From positions 184,326,001 to 184,390,000 of the forward strand of contig JANJGN010000003.1 in the NCBI GenBank assembly GCA_026770705.1: DNA of 64,000 nt. Reading direction: 5' to 3'. This DNA comes from Isurus oxyrinchus. Lineage: Eukaryota. Of the stretch, positions 10,402-23,092 are shown piece after piece. The notes below the pieces were generated by a model. The model saw only the letters and a program-made list of their open reading frames with translations. It was not told the DNA's origin and did no database searches. Position numbers and translations under genes: made by a program. How positions within the stretch are numbered: position 1 is the stretch's first letter; every line of letters starts with the position of its first letter.

Positions 10402-12225
10402 TTACCTAACTTTCCTAACCCTGCCACTACGTCTTGGTGCTCTCCGGATATCCACAGCAGAGGTGGAGGCAGCCTGCTGACTGTGACACCTTGACTGTGA
10501 TGACTTTGACGAGCGTTCTCTGGAGAGCTGAGACTTGGTGGGCCCCGGCCTGCTTTCAGGGTCCTGCTGTGTGGCAATGGCCTCCTTGGCCTGTGAAACT
10601 GGAGCTGTGGAGATCACAGGAAGAGAGGATGCCGATGGGCCGGTCAGTCCCAGATGGCCCCGGAGTGTGCACCTGCTGATCCTCCTCCCTATGGGTGCTC
10701 GAGGGCCCCTGGCTGATTCCGTGAGCGGAAGGGGTAGCTGGAGTGAGATATAGCTGCCCAGCACCCCTCTCCCTTACACTCTTTAGGAGGCCAACTATGG
10801 CATCAGTGATGAAGTTAAGCCCATGCAGCAGTGCAGGAATAACGTCCTGGCCCAAGGTCTCCATGGTGGCTGCCATCCTGCTAGTACTGACCTCGGTGTG
10901 TTACAATGCTGGCGCTATCACCTCAGCCTGAAGATGGATGGACTCCTCCTTCGTGCCTTGCAATCTGAGGAGTGCAGTGGACATACCTTCCTGATGTTCC
11001 CTATGCCTGTGCAGCTCCAGCAACTGTGACACGACTGAGTCCAGAGGCTCATCATCTGACTCGAACTCAGCAACGTTCTGGCCTCCAGCAGTTCTCCGAG
11101 TGCCAGGGACCTGGGAAGTCCCTGCCTGTGCCTGCCGTGGATCAGAAAGTGCGATGTGCTCACCAGGTTATGATTCTGAGGCTACTCTAAAGCTCGGTCC
11201 CACTGAGGTGTGTGTCTCTGTGCTGGTGGAGGGTGTGGGTGAGCGCTGTGACTGGTCTGCAGGGAGGGTGCCTTCAGATTCCTCTTCAGAGGTTTCTTCG
11301 GGGCCTGATTGGAGGCCCTGGGTCATGGACTCTGTCAGCTATTTGGCAGATGTGCCTGTGAAAGCAAGGGGAAATAATTAGTGTATGACAGTGGCCCGTG
11401 AAAGAGGACACCACTCACAGCATGGTTCTTGTTTGATGTTGCACTGCTGGATCCTCACTTGGTACAGCAGCGCCAACCTCACTATCAGCACACGACTGGT
11501 GCCAGTCATCGCCGGCCAGCTGGATGGCTCTGTTTTCAAATTCTGTCAGAACTTTGAATTCCGGCATCCCTCCACCTGTCTGCGACATTTCCCTCCTGTT
11601 GTGTGCCAGTTTGTCCTGCGTGAATAGAGTTGGGGAGAGTGTATCAGGACACCTGCCAGGCCAGATGATAAGTGTAAAGACAAAACAAAACTGCGGATGC
11701 TGGAAATCCAAAACAAAAACAGAATTACCTGGAAAAACTCAGCAGGTCTGGCAGCATCGGCGGAGAAGAAAAGAGTTGACGTTTCGAGTCCTCATGACCC
11801 TTCGACAGATGATAAGTGTGCCTGGCCTTTGTGGTGAATGGTCACGTGGACAGGATGAGGGCAATGCAGGTGTGTGTGAAAGAGTGAATGGTGATGTCCC
11901 TTGCACTGGCAGTGAGTGAGGGCCCTGTGGATGTGGGATGGGTTTGTGAGTAAGTTGGGAGTGTTGAAAAGAGTGACTTACCCTGGTGGAACAGAGGAGA
12001 TCATTCATCCTTTTGTGGCACTGGGTGGCTGTCCTCCTCTGCAGGGCGTTTGCGCTGACCATCACTGCCACTGCCTCCCATGCTTGGTTGATGACTTTGC
12101 TACCTATCCTGCGGCCAGAGTGGGGGTAGAACACATCCCGTTGGGCTTCCACTGCATCCAGCAGTCGCTCGAGCAACCCGTAGTTGGAGCAGGGGGGCTG
12201 GACTCCACTTTCCTTTGCTGGCCAT
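10402..12225 (-). pseudogene. Myb/SANT-like gene of Harbinger-2, spliced and decayed
   Basis: 'LERLLDAVEAQRDVFYP...QAWEAVAVMVSANALQRRTATQCHKRMNDL', second exon 'DKLAHNRREMSQTGGG', C-terminal 'RRSGRVRKVR'. Confidence 0.87.
11676..11808 (-). mobile_element. Short Penelope-like insert (young subfamily) in a Myb gene intron
   Basis: 14-bp TSD cagatgataagtgt at 11662-11675 and 11806-11819. Identical over ~110 bp to the copy at 34801. Minus strand carries CTGTCGA-A-GGGTC atgag GACTC-GAAACGTC. Confidence 0.85.
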
Positions 12226-12679
12226 GTCTCCCAGATAGCGGTGATAAACTGGTGGCGATGAGTGCTTTGCTGCCGGCTGTATTTTAAAGATGGCAGCCTG
12301 CGTGATGCAACATCAGGATGATAGTGGGCGGGCGAATGAGACCCTGCTCACCATGGAAACAGCGTGTTTTGTGGGAGTGAATAAATAATGAGGCAGGCTC
12401 AGGACGATACCCGCCATTTTTATCAGAGTGTAAGATTCCATTTTCCCGTCTGCTACCGCATTTAGTGCAATTCTGGGAAAATTCCGCCATTCTGTGCGTA
12501 TTTTCCAAGATGAGTTATTAAATAGGACCTAGAGGGGGTCTTGAGGTTTTGTTTATTCCCTCCTTAGCCCTGTGACACAAAAGAAGAGATCACCTAACTC
12601 AGCAAAGACCAGGGGTTGTACCTGAGACTTTCCTTGCTCTGACTCAGTTCCATATTGGACAATGTACTTAGTAATCCAA

Positions 12680-13270
12680 AAACAACAACTTGTATTTATA
12701 TAGCTCTTTTAATGTAGTAAAATGTCCCAAGGGATAAATGAGAAAAAAGCTTAGTGAAAGAGGTAGGTTTAAGGAGTGTCTAATAGAAGAAAAGAGAGGA
12801 AGAGACAAAGAGGTAAGGGCCCAGAGCTAAGGACCTTGGCAATTGAAGGCCATAGGAGTGATGGGTGATCAGGTCTTGATGCAAGTTGATACATGAACAG
12901 CAGAGTTTTGGAGACTTCAGGTTTACAAAGGGTAAAATGTGGGAGATCAGCTGGGAGGGCATTGAATTGTCAAGTCTAGAGGTAACAAAGGCATGAATGA
13001 GAGTTTCAGCAGCAGATGAGCTGAGACAAGTCAAAGTTGGGCAATGTTGCGGATGTGGAAATAGGCGGTCTTAGTGACAGCACAAATGATGTGTGATTGG
13101 AAGGTAAATCTCTGGGACAAATGTGACATCAAGGTTGTCAGGGAGAGGGATGGATCGGTAGCTAGGGAATACAAATTTTGTTGGGAACCAAAAGCAATGG
13201 CTTTAGTCTTCCAAATATTTAGTTGGAAAAAAAAATTTCTCCTCTTCCAGTACTGAATGTCAGACAAGCA
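12680..13270 (-). mobile_element. L2 LINE 3' fragment
   Basis: Minus ORFs 'AAETLIHAFVTSRLDNS' and 'TKTAYFHIRNIAQL'. Tail aacaacttgtatttatatagc. Confidence 0.82.
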
Positions 13271-13852
13271 GACCCTAAAATACCCACTCCTGCCCCCAAC
13301 TTTCCCTGAGAAGCTGCTGGGAAATCACACTCCCCAGCAGTGTTCTGACACAGATAAAATGCCAGTGGGAGCATAAAATGACAATTAATAGAGCGGTTAA
13401 TTACATTAATTGGCCACCCACCTCTGGTAACTGGGCAGCTGAGTCACTGTCTTTCATAATATTCTGTTGTGGCGAAAAGATGTTGGACTTGCCTTGTGAC
13501 ATCTTCCACCAACATTTTACCAGATTTCCTGCCTCCCAGCCCATCTCCAGAAAATTGAGAAAATTCTTGCCCATTAGCAAGCTGCAGAAGACTCGAATGG
13601 TTTTGATAAGATTATATATGTTTCTTATTTCTTTTCTTCCCAGCCAGGTTTCCACAAATTTAGCAGGATTGCACCTGCATTATGTGTTTGAAAATGACAA
13701 ATTTGAAATGTGTTATTATTTAAGTGTGTTATTATTTAAGGTATTTGCAGCCATATGCTTTTCTAAATTATATGGAATTTAAAACACGCTGATTGTAATG
13801 CATAACATTTATAACATAGATTGGAACATGTTACAAGGCTACAGAACACTTT

Positions 13853-14550
13853 GGGCAACATTTTCCCCCTGAGGGGGAAGTGCAGGAGCGGGTGCGGGCC
13901 TTCTGATCAGCGATCCTGGTTGGAGGGGTACCGCCATTTTACATGGGTGGGCCAATTAAGGCCCATCCAGTGTGACATCCGCCAGGAAGCGCTGTACGCT
14001 CCCTGTGAGGGCAGGTGAGGGGATTCTCTCAGCTGGGAGTATGCTTTTTCACGCACGCGCGTGAAAGAGTGCACAGATCTCCCTGAGGCAAAGTGCTGCC
14101 TCAGGGAGATCAGGTCCGATTGAAAACTTTAAATAAAGGTGATTAAAAAAATTCCCTGCCATGTCCCTTCATGTGATACTGTCACATGAGTTGGGACATG
14201 TCCATAACTTTTATTGAAACATTTCATAAAAATTTAAATACCCTCATAAAACCTCATCCCGCCCGTGGATGAGATTTCATGTTTTTTCCGAAGCCCACCT
14301 GGGCTTTCAGCTGTCCACCAACCTTAAGATTGGATGGGCAGTTCCATTAATCACCTTAATTAGTTTTCTAATGTCCTTAATAGGGCGTTGACAGTTCGGA
14401 GGGCATGCAGCCGATTCGGCTGCGTGCCCTCCGAACTGAGAATCTAAATGATGCTGAGTGACATTGGGATTCACGCCGACATATCCCTACGTCATTTTAC
14501 GCATCGGAGAGCGGGCCCCACGCCCGCTCAGCAACTGGAAGATGCTGAGC
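13853..14550 (+). mobile_element. Harbinger-type hairpin MITE, copy 1
   Basis: TSD TTT/TTT, left TIR gggcaacattttcc, internal hairpins shared with seven other copies. Confidence 0.85.
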
Positions 14551-14841
14551 TTTAAGTTTTAATGAAGCTCTAAACAATAGGAACAAATTTTATATCTCAG
14601 TTCTCTTTGGTATGTTATAAATAGTCTTGAACATACTTCCAGCGAATTTTCATTCTCACTTTTGCTTTTTAACAATTACATTTTGTTGCATTCAGAATTC
14701 AAATCTTTGGTTGCAGATGATAACTTTCCCCTATGTCAATACCTGCCACTTTTACTTTTATTAATTCCAGTTATCATGGTTTTGGCTGACCTTATTGCCC
14801 TTTACAGCCTGCTGCGTTTGAGAAATGTGCATATATTCTTT

Positions 14842-17020
14842 TGCCGGGATTTTCTGCTCCAGGCCTAAGCCCAGTGGCGGGGGCAGTAAGTCAGAAGGAC
14901 TCCCACTGCAGAGCTTAGCAAGTAAACAGAGGCATTGCGCTATGTTGGCTCATTGATTATGCAGTCGGGGTTTCCTGGCAAATCATGTGGTGGGGCGGGC
15001 AGAAAGTCACATGCCCTGCCATCATATCTAGGCGCCATATTTAAAAGGCGCTTGGACAGCTACTCATTCATTGCGCCACGAGTTCGGACCTAGACGTGGC
15101 TGCCAGGAAACAGCAAGCACTGGCCCCCAGGTGCCACAATGCCTTGCTGGACACATGACTGCAAGCTGTGGAGGACAGGAGGGTCATCATTTTTCCAAGG
15201 AACGTGAGGGGAAGACCGACTTGTCTCCCCACTCCTGCATGGGAGGTTGCCAGGGTGGTCAGTGCCACTTGTATTCAGAGGACTGCCCTGCAGTGCAGGA
15301 AAAGAATGAGTGACCTAATCCGCGCCACCAGGGTAAGTGAACCCTCTAGCCACCACACTCACCTCACTTAACGGGAACTGTGACATGGTCCTCAATTACA
15401 AGGCCACCATCTGTGCTGCCCTTTGGAAGGTGCTGGGGTGGTGCCTCATAGCCCCAATGCAGTCCATGTGGTCTGCTGGTAGGGAGGCGACCGTGGATCA
15501 CTGACTGAGCCACATGGAAGGCACAAATCTTGGGAGTGCTGGGTTGGTGTAGAGGGCAACTGTGGATGTTGCTGCTGTTGCCATGCCTCTGTTCTTGTCC
15601 TTCTAGCTGCTGGACCTCGTGGGTCTGGAGCGTGCTGCAGAAGTACCCTCGGGGACTAGCAACAGTGCATCTTTCATATGGCACGCATAGTTAGTTGTCA
15701 ATGGGTTGGTGGTGGAGACCGGCAGCATGCAAACAGCACCTGCATCAGAAGTGCTCACAAAACCATCTTCTATCTTCATGCAGGAGAATACAGTGCACAA
15801 CAGGTGCCGGAGGGAGAAGACAGTAGGGGGCATGCCCGTTGTCTGCCCCCTCACACAGTGTGAAGAGCGGGAGGACCATGACTGTGCATCTGTCAGCAAT
15901 GTGGTTGGCCTCCCCCAAGCATCCAGTGAGGAAGCTTAACCTCTACATATTGAAACCTGAGTTGAGGCTCTGTGCAATATAGGAGGCAGCCCATGCTCAT
16001 TCTCTCCTCTTTCCATTACAGGTGCCAGCTGGAAGAGCATGAGGCCAGACCCCAATTCTGAGTCCAGCCCCAGCCCCAGCCCACAGAGAACCGATGACAA
16101 TGATCAGTTCTCATTTGTAGAGTCGTCACAGCATTCACCTGCACTCTCCACCAGCTCAGAGACATCTTGGTAGGTCATAGATCTAGTTTAGATGGGGCCC
16201 CACACTCTGGTGGTCACCGCATGGCCATGTGTCCTCAGCAGGAGGAGGCAGAGACAGCCAAGGTCCCCGGCATTCAGAGGACTGTTGGGAAAGAGGCCTC
16301 TGCCAAGTCCAAGTCTGATGATGAGCCTCTGGGAACAGTCATGGACAAAATGCTGGAGATGCAGCGAGAGGCCAGGGAACATCAAGCAGAGGTGTCAGAG
16401 GCCCTCAACAGAGCGGCACCTGAAGTAGAGGACTCTGTCCACCATCCCTGTACTGTAGTGGCACTGACATGTGCGCAGATGGAGGTCTCCATGTTGAAGT
16501 TTGTGGATGCCATGAAGAACCTGGTCCAGCAGAACGCTCAGTTTCTGCCAGAGATAGGCTTGGACCTGCACTCCAATGCCATGGGCGAGCTTTTGCAGCA
16601 GCTATGTGAGAGGGAGCAGGGCACCTTGACCTCCCTCCTGGTGCCATCTTCCCTCAAGGAGTCAGGGATGAGCCCTCAGGTACCCAAAGGGAGGAGGAGC
16701 ATCAGGCGGACACCTCAGGGGCTTCTACTCAGGGCTTTCCAATGATAGTCCAGGCATTCCGAGTCCCCCTCTGTCTGTGACCCCATTAGCTCCAGCCTCT
16801 GGGCCCATTGAGATACTTCTGCTCCAGAGCAGGAAACCCAAAGAAGGCTGGCACCCTTCAGGCCTCAAGCCTCCAGAGGACAGCCGCCAAGGTCATCAGT
16901 GACAAGAGGGCATAGTGGTCAGCAGGCTGCCTCCACCACTGCTGCAAATGTCGGGGAAGCACCTAGACATAGTGGTACAAGCATAGTACATAATTGTTGC
17001 ACGGTTTTAAATATATCTTT
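14842..17020 (+). mobile_element. Partial Harbinger carrying only the Myb/SANT-like gene (Harbinger-3)
   Basis: TIR-like tgccgggattttc. Myb exon 'AWEVARVVSATCIQRTALQCRKRMSDLIRATR' with donor gtaagt at 15333 and acceptors before 15784 and 16022. C-terminal region homologous to copies 1 and 2. No transposase; right end not found. Confidence 0.78.
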
Positions 17021-17658
17021 AATTGCACTTAATGGAGGTCTGGGTTTCCCCCTCTACACCCCAACAACAACAACAACCCAAAACGGCCCTTCACCCACCA
17101 TTGACGGACCCTCACCCTCCCACCCTACTGCACCCCACTGTCCCTTTAACTGTTACTGTTCCCTACCACCACCAATACCCTTGGTTTGCTCCACAGGATT
17201 CCTCCAGTGACACCACTGACCCCTCCCTCTGAACCCTCCCTCTTCTTACTGTCCCTTGCTTCCCCCTCCCCACCATACTGTCCCCTGCTTCCTCCCTTCC
17301 TCACTGTCCCCCACTTTCATGGCCCCTGCACCTCTCTCCGGTCCCCCACTGACCCCCTGCCCCCGCCACCCCTGCAAATTCCTGCCGTCATTTCCCACTG
17401 TTGGAAAACCAATTTTTTCACTCATGTCATGTTCTCTGCCCCAGCCTGCTACAAACCCACCTTTGTTTCTATGGCAGCTGTAATCAAAACACCAGGTACC
17501 CCAGTTTTACTTCCAACAATTTCATGCTATATAAATCAATGAACACTAATATCAGAAAAATTGTGAATCACAGCACACTCTTAATAATGCTGTTCTCTCA
17601 CTTCTGAATCTACTGCCTTGACCCTGCTGTCTGGAATTTCCTTCTCAATCTTATACTC

Positions 17659-17895
17659 CAGCACAGTACTGAGGGAGTACTATATTGTTGGAAGTGCCGT
17701 CTTTCAGATAATCTTTATCCCTCTTTCAACATAACAAAAACAGATTATCTGGTCCTCAAGTTGCTGTTTGTGGGAGTTTGTTGCCACATTTCCTAAATTA
17801 CAACAGTGACTACACTTCAAAAGAACTGTAAAGCGCTTTCAAATATCTGGTGGTCGTGAAAACGCTATATAAACACAAGTCTTTCTTTTCTTTCA
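17659..17895 (+). mobile_element. DeuSINE (SacSINE1/AmnSINE1-like) fragment with L2-type tail
   Basis: Deu-domain-like cagtactgagggagt...gtgccgtctttcagat followed by the tail gctatataaacacaagtctttctttt. Recognised from memory of the family. Confidence 0.7.
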
Positions 17896-18950
17896 ACCCC
17901 CTATCCCCCTCCTGCCCGCCTCTACCATTCTCTTTCCAGCTTAAAAGTTTTCTCTGAATATATCCCCTCACTCAACTTTCTGGCCTACTCTGCTAATCCT
18001 ACTATTTTCCTCTGTGAAATATCTTGGGACTTTTCCTACATTAAAGAAACTATATAAATACAATTTATTATTTAATTAGTATAATGTGCAAAAATGTAGT
18101 TAGCTCAGCCACATAAACATAAAAATTGATACTATTCAAAATGGCTGGCTGAAATATCAATAGATTTAGATGCAGTAACTAGGATGTATATGCTCTGCTG
18201 GAATCCATTATTGAAAACTGAATACACTTAAAAGTGTGACCTACAAACATCTCAAGAGTGACACGTTTAGTAGGGGATGAAGGAGAATGATCCCATTGGC
18301 AGAATCACAATGACTTAATATTTTAAAAGCACCACATCAATTTGCTTGAAATAAAGATTTTTTTAATTCTTTTTATCATTATCAGAGGAGAATGTATTGT
18401 TCTAACTTTGTCACTGATCGCACAATATATGACCGAGTAATGAATGCTTCAAGCTGTCATTACAAAAAATGGGAGTATTATACATTCCACCACTAGGAAT
18501 ACTTTTTAAAAGTACACCTCTACATTGTATACATGTAGCCTATTGAATCGCAGGTACTCTCTGAGCTACTTCAGTATAATGAACTATTGATAGGCAATCG
18601 ATGAAATTGTGCTCATTTTACTAGAATTTGTCTATAGCTACATATCAGACTTGAAATTATCTGTAACTATGTTCCATAAGGCAATTAATGTCCTAAAGAT
18701 ACAAACAACTTGTAAAATTTAGGTTTTAATACAATTATTGCACTCTCTTCAGAAGTACATAACACGATTTCTGGTAACCCTTTCAATGTGCGTATTCCTT
18801 AAGTTGCAAATGAGGGCATGTAGCATTAGAAAACTAATAAACTCAGTTGGATAAAAGTAAAATCAATAACAGAATATGACAGTGCACACAGAGTAATTTG
18901 CATATTACTAGTTGTACATACGAGAAAGCTCAGACAAAAAAGCATCACAA

Positions 18951-18956
18951 TTTATT
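18951..18956 (-). promoter_or_regulatory. Candidate polyadenylation signal AATAAA of gfod1
   Basis: tttatt on the plus strand, with U/GU-rich context on the minus strand (ttgtgatgctttttt downstream). Confidence 0.5.
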
Positions 18957-21799
18957 ATTCCAAATAAACAACACAAACTACATCTAACAAGCAGAGACCA
19001 ACATACACAGTAAGCTTACAGTAAACCTCTTTAACCCTCTTCACAGTACTAGGATCTTAAGGTCCAATTGTTTTGTGCATATTTTAAATAAGAACATTTA
19101 TTTTAACAAACCAAGTATGTTTTTGCCTGTCCTATCTATTATATAAAATATAAACTTTATATAGTTTATAGTACTTGAATTTTTACCTTGATAAATATTT
19201 TTCTGCATATATACAGATATTCATGCTAAAAATACATTACCATAAATAACACAAATAATTGACAGACAAGTCTCCTCTGTACATATATCTAACATTTCAA
19301 AAACCATTAAAAGAACAGTAATAATTATTAATAATTAGTAATAATTATTAATTCACATCTTATCAGCAACATTTAATTTCAAGTACAAATGCTGACAGCA
19401 GTCTGAGTGAGCATATTATTTCTCATTCAATCCAACTAAAAGATGTTTTAAAAAAACTAAAACAAGTTTATTTAATGTCCTAATCTAGCCATTGCTTTTA
19501 TCATAAATTGCTTGTTTTACAAATATTTTTTGTTTTTCTTATATGATTGTGTATTGTAAATAGTATGTAGCTGCATATGTTAGGAAATTGACGTTTTTGT
19601 CTTAGAAACAAATGATTCAGCCTCAATTGGGACTTATGTTTTGATCCTATCTCAGTGAATTCAGATCCAAGTCTTTGAAATGTATTTTGGATTAATTTGG
19701 ATAAGTGAGATGCAAAGAGGGAAAAGGGTTGGCTTTGTTCTGCTCCATTTGCATTACTTGCATTAATAATTCTGGTAACAAGTATAAATTTGTCCTTTTA
19801 TGCTCACTCTGAGTCAAAGCCAGCCAAATTTAAATAGGAGTGGCATGAAATACTGTGTTGCTGTCACCCCAACACTAATGTCCTTTATATTATTGCACAC
19901 CTTTAAGTATTGCTTATCATATACAATTTCCCCATAATCCTTGTGATTTTTCTCCTTTGATTATTTATACAATTTCCTTCTGAATCTGTATCCACCATCT
20001 TACCAGACAGTGTATTTCAAATCCCAGGCACTCACTGCACAAAAAAGTTTTCCTCATGTCTCCTCTGGGTCTTTTGCTAATCACTTACAACTTTGCCTTT
20101 CTCATCTATAACATCCCATGGAGATATAACATCTTTTTGGCAGCAATTTCAGCCCAGTTATTTGTGTTTACCTCCTCAAACAATTCATTGTACAAAGTTG
20201 CATTATCATACACAAATGAAAGTTTTGATGTAAAAAATACTGCCATATTTCAAAAGAAATTGTTCTTAACTTTTTTTGATAGCTCCCAGCTCCCAGCCAC
20301 CAGTAATATGTTCTCCTACGGAGAACTGGTTTCCTCTGCCATGATGCCAGTGTTGGGCCTACTTCTTAATCTGATTTGCATCCTGTAATGGATTCTTATG
20401 TTCTACACTGCTATCCAAATGAAAGTAAATTCTTACAGGGTACTTACCTACTTTATGGCTCGTTTTAGCTTTTGATTGCATGTGTCTTTCGTGTACGGAC
20501 TGGCCAAAGTAGGTAATTTTAGCTCTTTCTAATTTATTTTAGAACGATAGGGCAATTTTTACCCTCAACTGGAAGCAAACATCGGGGCTCCTTCCCATAA
20601 TTTTTTTTTTGCTGGCTTCTTGATACATGCTCATGATGGGCGAAACTCCATGGTGGGAGCACAGCTTATTAAAATTACTCCTACTTATACCTTCCAAATG
20701 CACCAGTGCTGAAAGGCGGGTGAAATCACATAGATGGCATTTTTGGATTTTTGTGCTATCACAACATCAAAGCATCTGGGAAAAGATCATGCCCTTTGTA
20801 TTTTTTGTGGTCCAACAAAGCAGAAGAATTATAGAGATTTCCACTGCAACTACACAACAATCCTTTAAAAGATAAACCTGAAATTCCAAATGATAGGATC
20901 AGCATCTAAAAAATCTATACTTGTTATTTTTCAACAAGGTGTATCTTTAACCCAAGCATGAAATTTACTTCACACAGTTTGTAAGATGTAGAGTAATATT
21001 TTCACCATGGAACAAGAAGTTACTTTTGACTAGAATAAGTATTACAAATTGACAGGATCTGCCTGTGATGCCATTTTAGGCCTCTTTGTTTATATAAAGA
21101 ATGTTTCTGGGATCCTGTTAGGTGTTCAAAGCATTTCAAAGTGTATATTTTAAAAAATAAAATTAGGTTGTTTTACTGACTCCTGCCCTGCAGTCGTATG
21201 GATTTCATTTACTGCTATTTTTGCCTCCTCTGGAGCAAGGTTGCATAAAACACTTTTTCTATCTTAGAACTGCTGTGTTTGGACTCGTAGAGGAATCTTC
21301 AGTGTCACTCTGCCTAATGTTTCCTGGCACCTATTCACACATGCTTCCTCATGATAGCCAGCAACACCTTCTCAGTGCCAGACAGTGAAGGAGGGCTGGC
21401 AGGGGGTGGGGTTGGAGAGAGAGTTACATGGTTTCTTCACTGTATCATGGTGGAAAACTACCACAATGCACATTCCCAGCATTGTGTGGAGGGGAGGGAG
21501 ACACATTGAAACTATTCTAGCATACTAGTAGCTCCATCATGTAAACTCAAATTAAATTGCACTGTTTGAGTTCCAAATATCACATTCTGTAAATTTCTGA
21601 AACATAAGATTTTTAAAATGTCCTTTAGAAGGAAGAAAAATATCTTCTGTAATGAAAACTATCTCATTAGCGTTCTTTTTATGATAGCATTAAAAGCTTT
21701 TGTTGACAAGGGTTACAAGGATTGGATTTTAAAAGTTTTGCTCTTCAATCCCATAACAATTTAAATTTAATTACAGATTTAAACTTTGAGAATTATTTT

Positions 21800-21943
21800 A
21801 TCCTCTTTTGATACACCCTGGACTTTGGCAGAGGGGATAATCAAGTGACTTATGACCATCACTATCTCAAAATCAATTAGGGATGGGAAACAACTGCTGG
21901 CCTTGCCAGTGATGTTCGCATCTCATGAAAGAATAAAAAAAAC
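21800..21943 (+). mobile_element. 3' tail remnant of the CR1/L2-clade LINE or its partner SINE
   Basis: tagggatggg...tgctggccttgccagtgatgttcgcatctcatgaaagaataaaaaaa matches the tail at 40210-40272. Confidence 0.65.
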
Positions 21944-22269
21944 CTTACTTGCTGCTGAATATACAAGAAGTATTGAGTATGGACCTGAGTAGAACCCATG
22001 CTTGCTGATTATTTTTGACTCCATTGCTCAGTGGTTTGCCTAATAGCCCAAATGAGACTGACAGTTTATCACTTGGGGAAACGTAGATGCAAATGTCAAT
22101 GAAGAATGGGATGTTCACCTTTTGGCCAGTTTATGACACAGCTTACGCACCAGTGAGCCTTGCCTATTTGTAACTTCTGTTTACATACCCCAGCCTGGCT
22201 TAATATTTGTGTTGCAGCTTAAGAAATTATGCAGCATATAATGAGGAAAACAGCACCAGCATGCATGGT

Positions 22270-22636
22270 CTTTTTATTCTTCTTGGGATGTGGAAAAAGT
22301 TGGCATTTAGTGTCGATACCCGGTTGCCCTGAGAATGTGGTGGCCATTCTTCTTGAACCTCTGATAGCCCAACTGAGTGGCAGTTAAGAGTTAATCACAT
22401 AGGTGACTCCAGTCCTCCACCAATCAGCCAGATTCCCTTCTGTACATATTAGTGAACCATTGTGTTTTTATGACAATCAGAGAACTTCCTGGACACTTTT
22501 GCATTTTTTTTATTTCTAGATTTTGTTTTAAACTGAATTTTCAAGCTGCCAAGGTGGGATTTGAGCACTCATTCTCTGATTTATTAGCCCGGCTTTGGAT
22601 TACTAGTTCAGTAACATAATGACAACACTATTGTAC
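22270..22636 (-). mobile_element. tRNA-derived SINE with LINE-shared tail, old copy
   Basis: Homologous to 57065-57367, with decayed A and B boxes on the minus strand. Confidence 0.65.
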
Positions 22637-23092
22637 AGAATTATATAACATACCATGTAGCATTTAACAAATTTTTTTTCAAAATGCAGTTTTCATTTTT
22701 TAATTTCCCACTGTATCCTTTCCTCCTCTGGGTTCCCCCATAATATGCACCTTTTGAAAAGGTAACCTGGAAACCTACTCTCAACTGTTCACCAATAATG
22801 TTCCCCAGTCAAGCACCAGAAAATCTACAAACTTCCGTCACTCCACTGCGAAAGCAATTAAGATTACAAATGTATTGCATAGTGAATTGTTAAGTCAGAT
22901 GTCTAGCCGGCTGGCTGCAAAACGTTATGATTTTTAAAAAGATTTATCTTTGAAGGGTAAGCTTTATGATTTAGCACTCCTGGTACAGAGCTTTGTACAA
23001 TGGCAACACACACAAGAAATTCATGTACAAAGGTTCACACCTGTGACTTATGACTGACTCGATTTTTTTGTCAGCCAAAAATAATAAATCAT

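Larger units (their letters stand above)
7478..12488 (+). mobile_element. PIF/Harbinger DNA transposon, near full length (Harbinger-2)
   Basis: TIRs gggtggaatattc / gggaaaattccgcc, probable TSD ATG/ATT. Same convergent two-gene layout as Harbinger-1. Confidence 0.9.

Noticed and set aside
17023-17542. Overlapping proline-rich ORFs
   Set aside because: Produced by C-rich low-complexity DNA; no recognisable domain.
20550-20735. Possible old MITE in the 3' UTR (gggcaatttttaccc...)
   Set aside because: Right TIR and TSD are not convincing.
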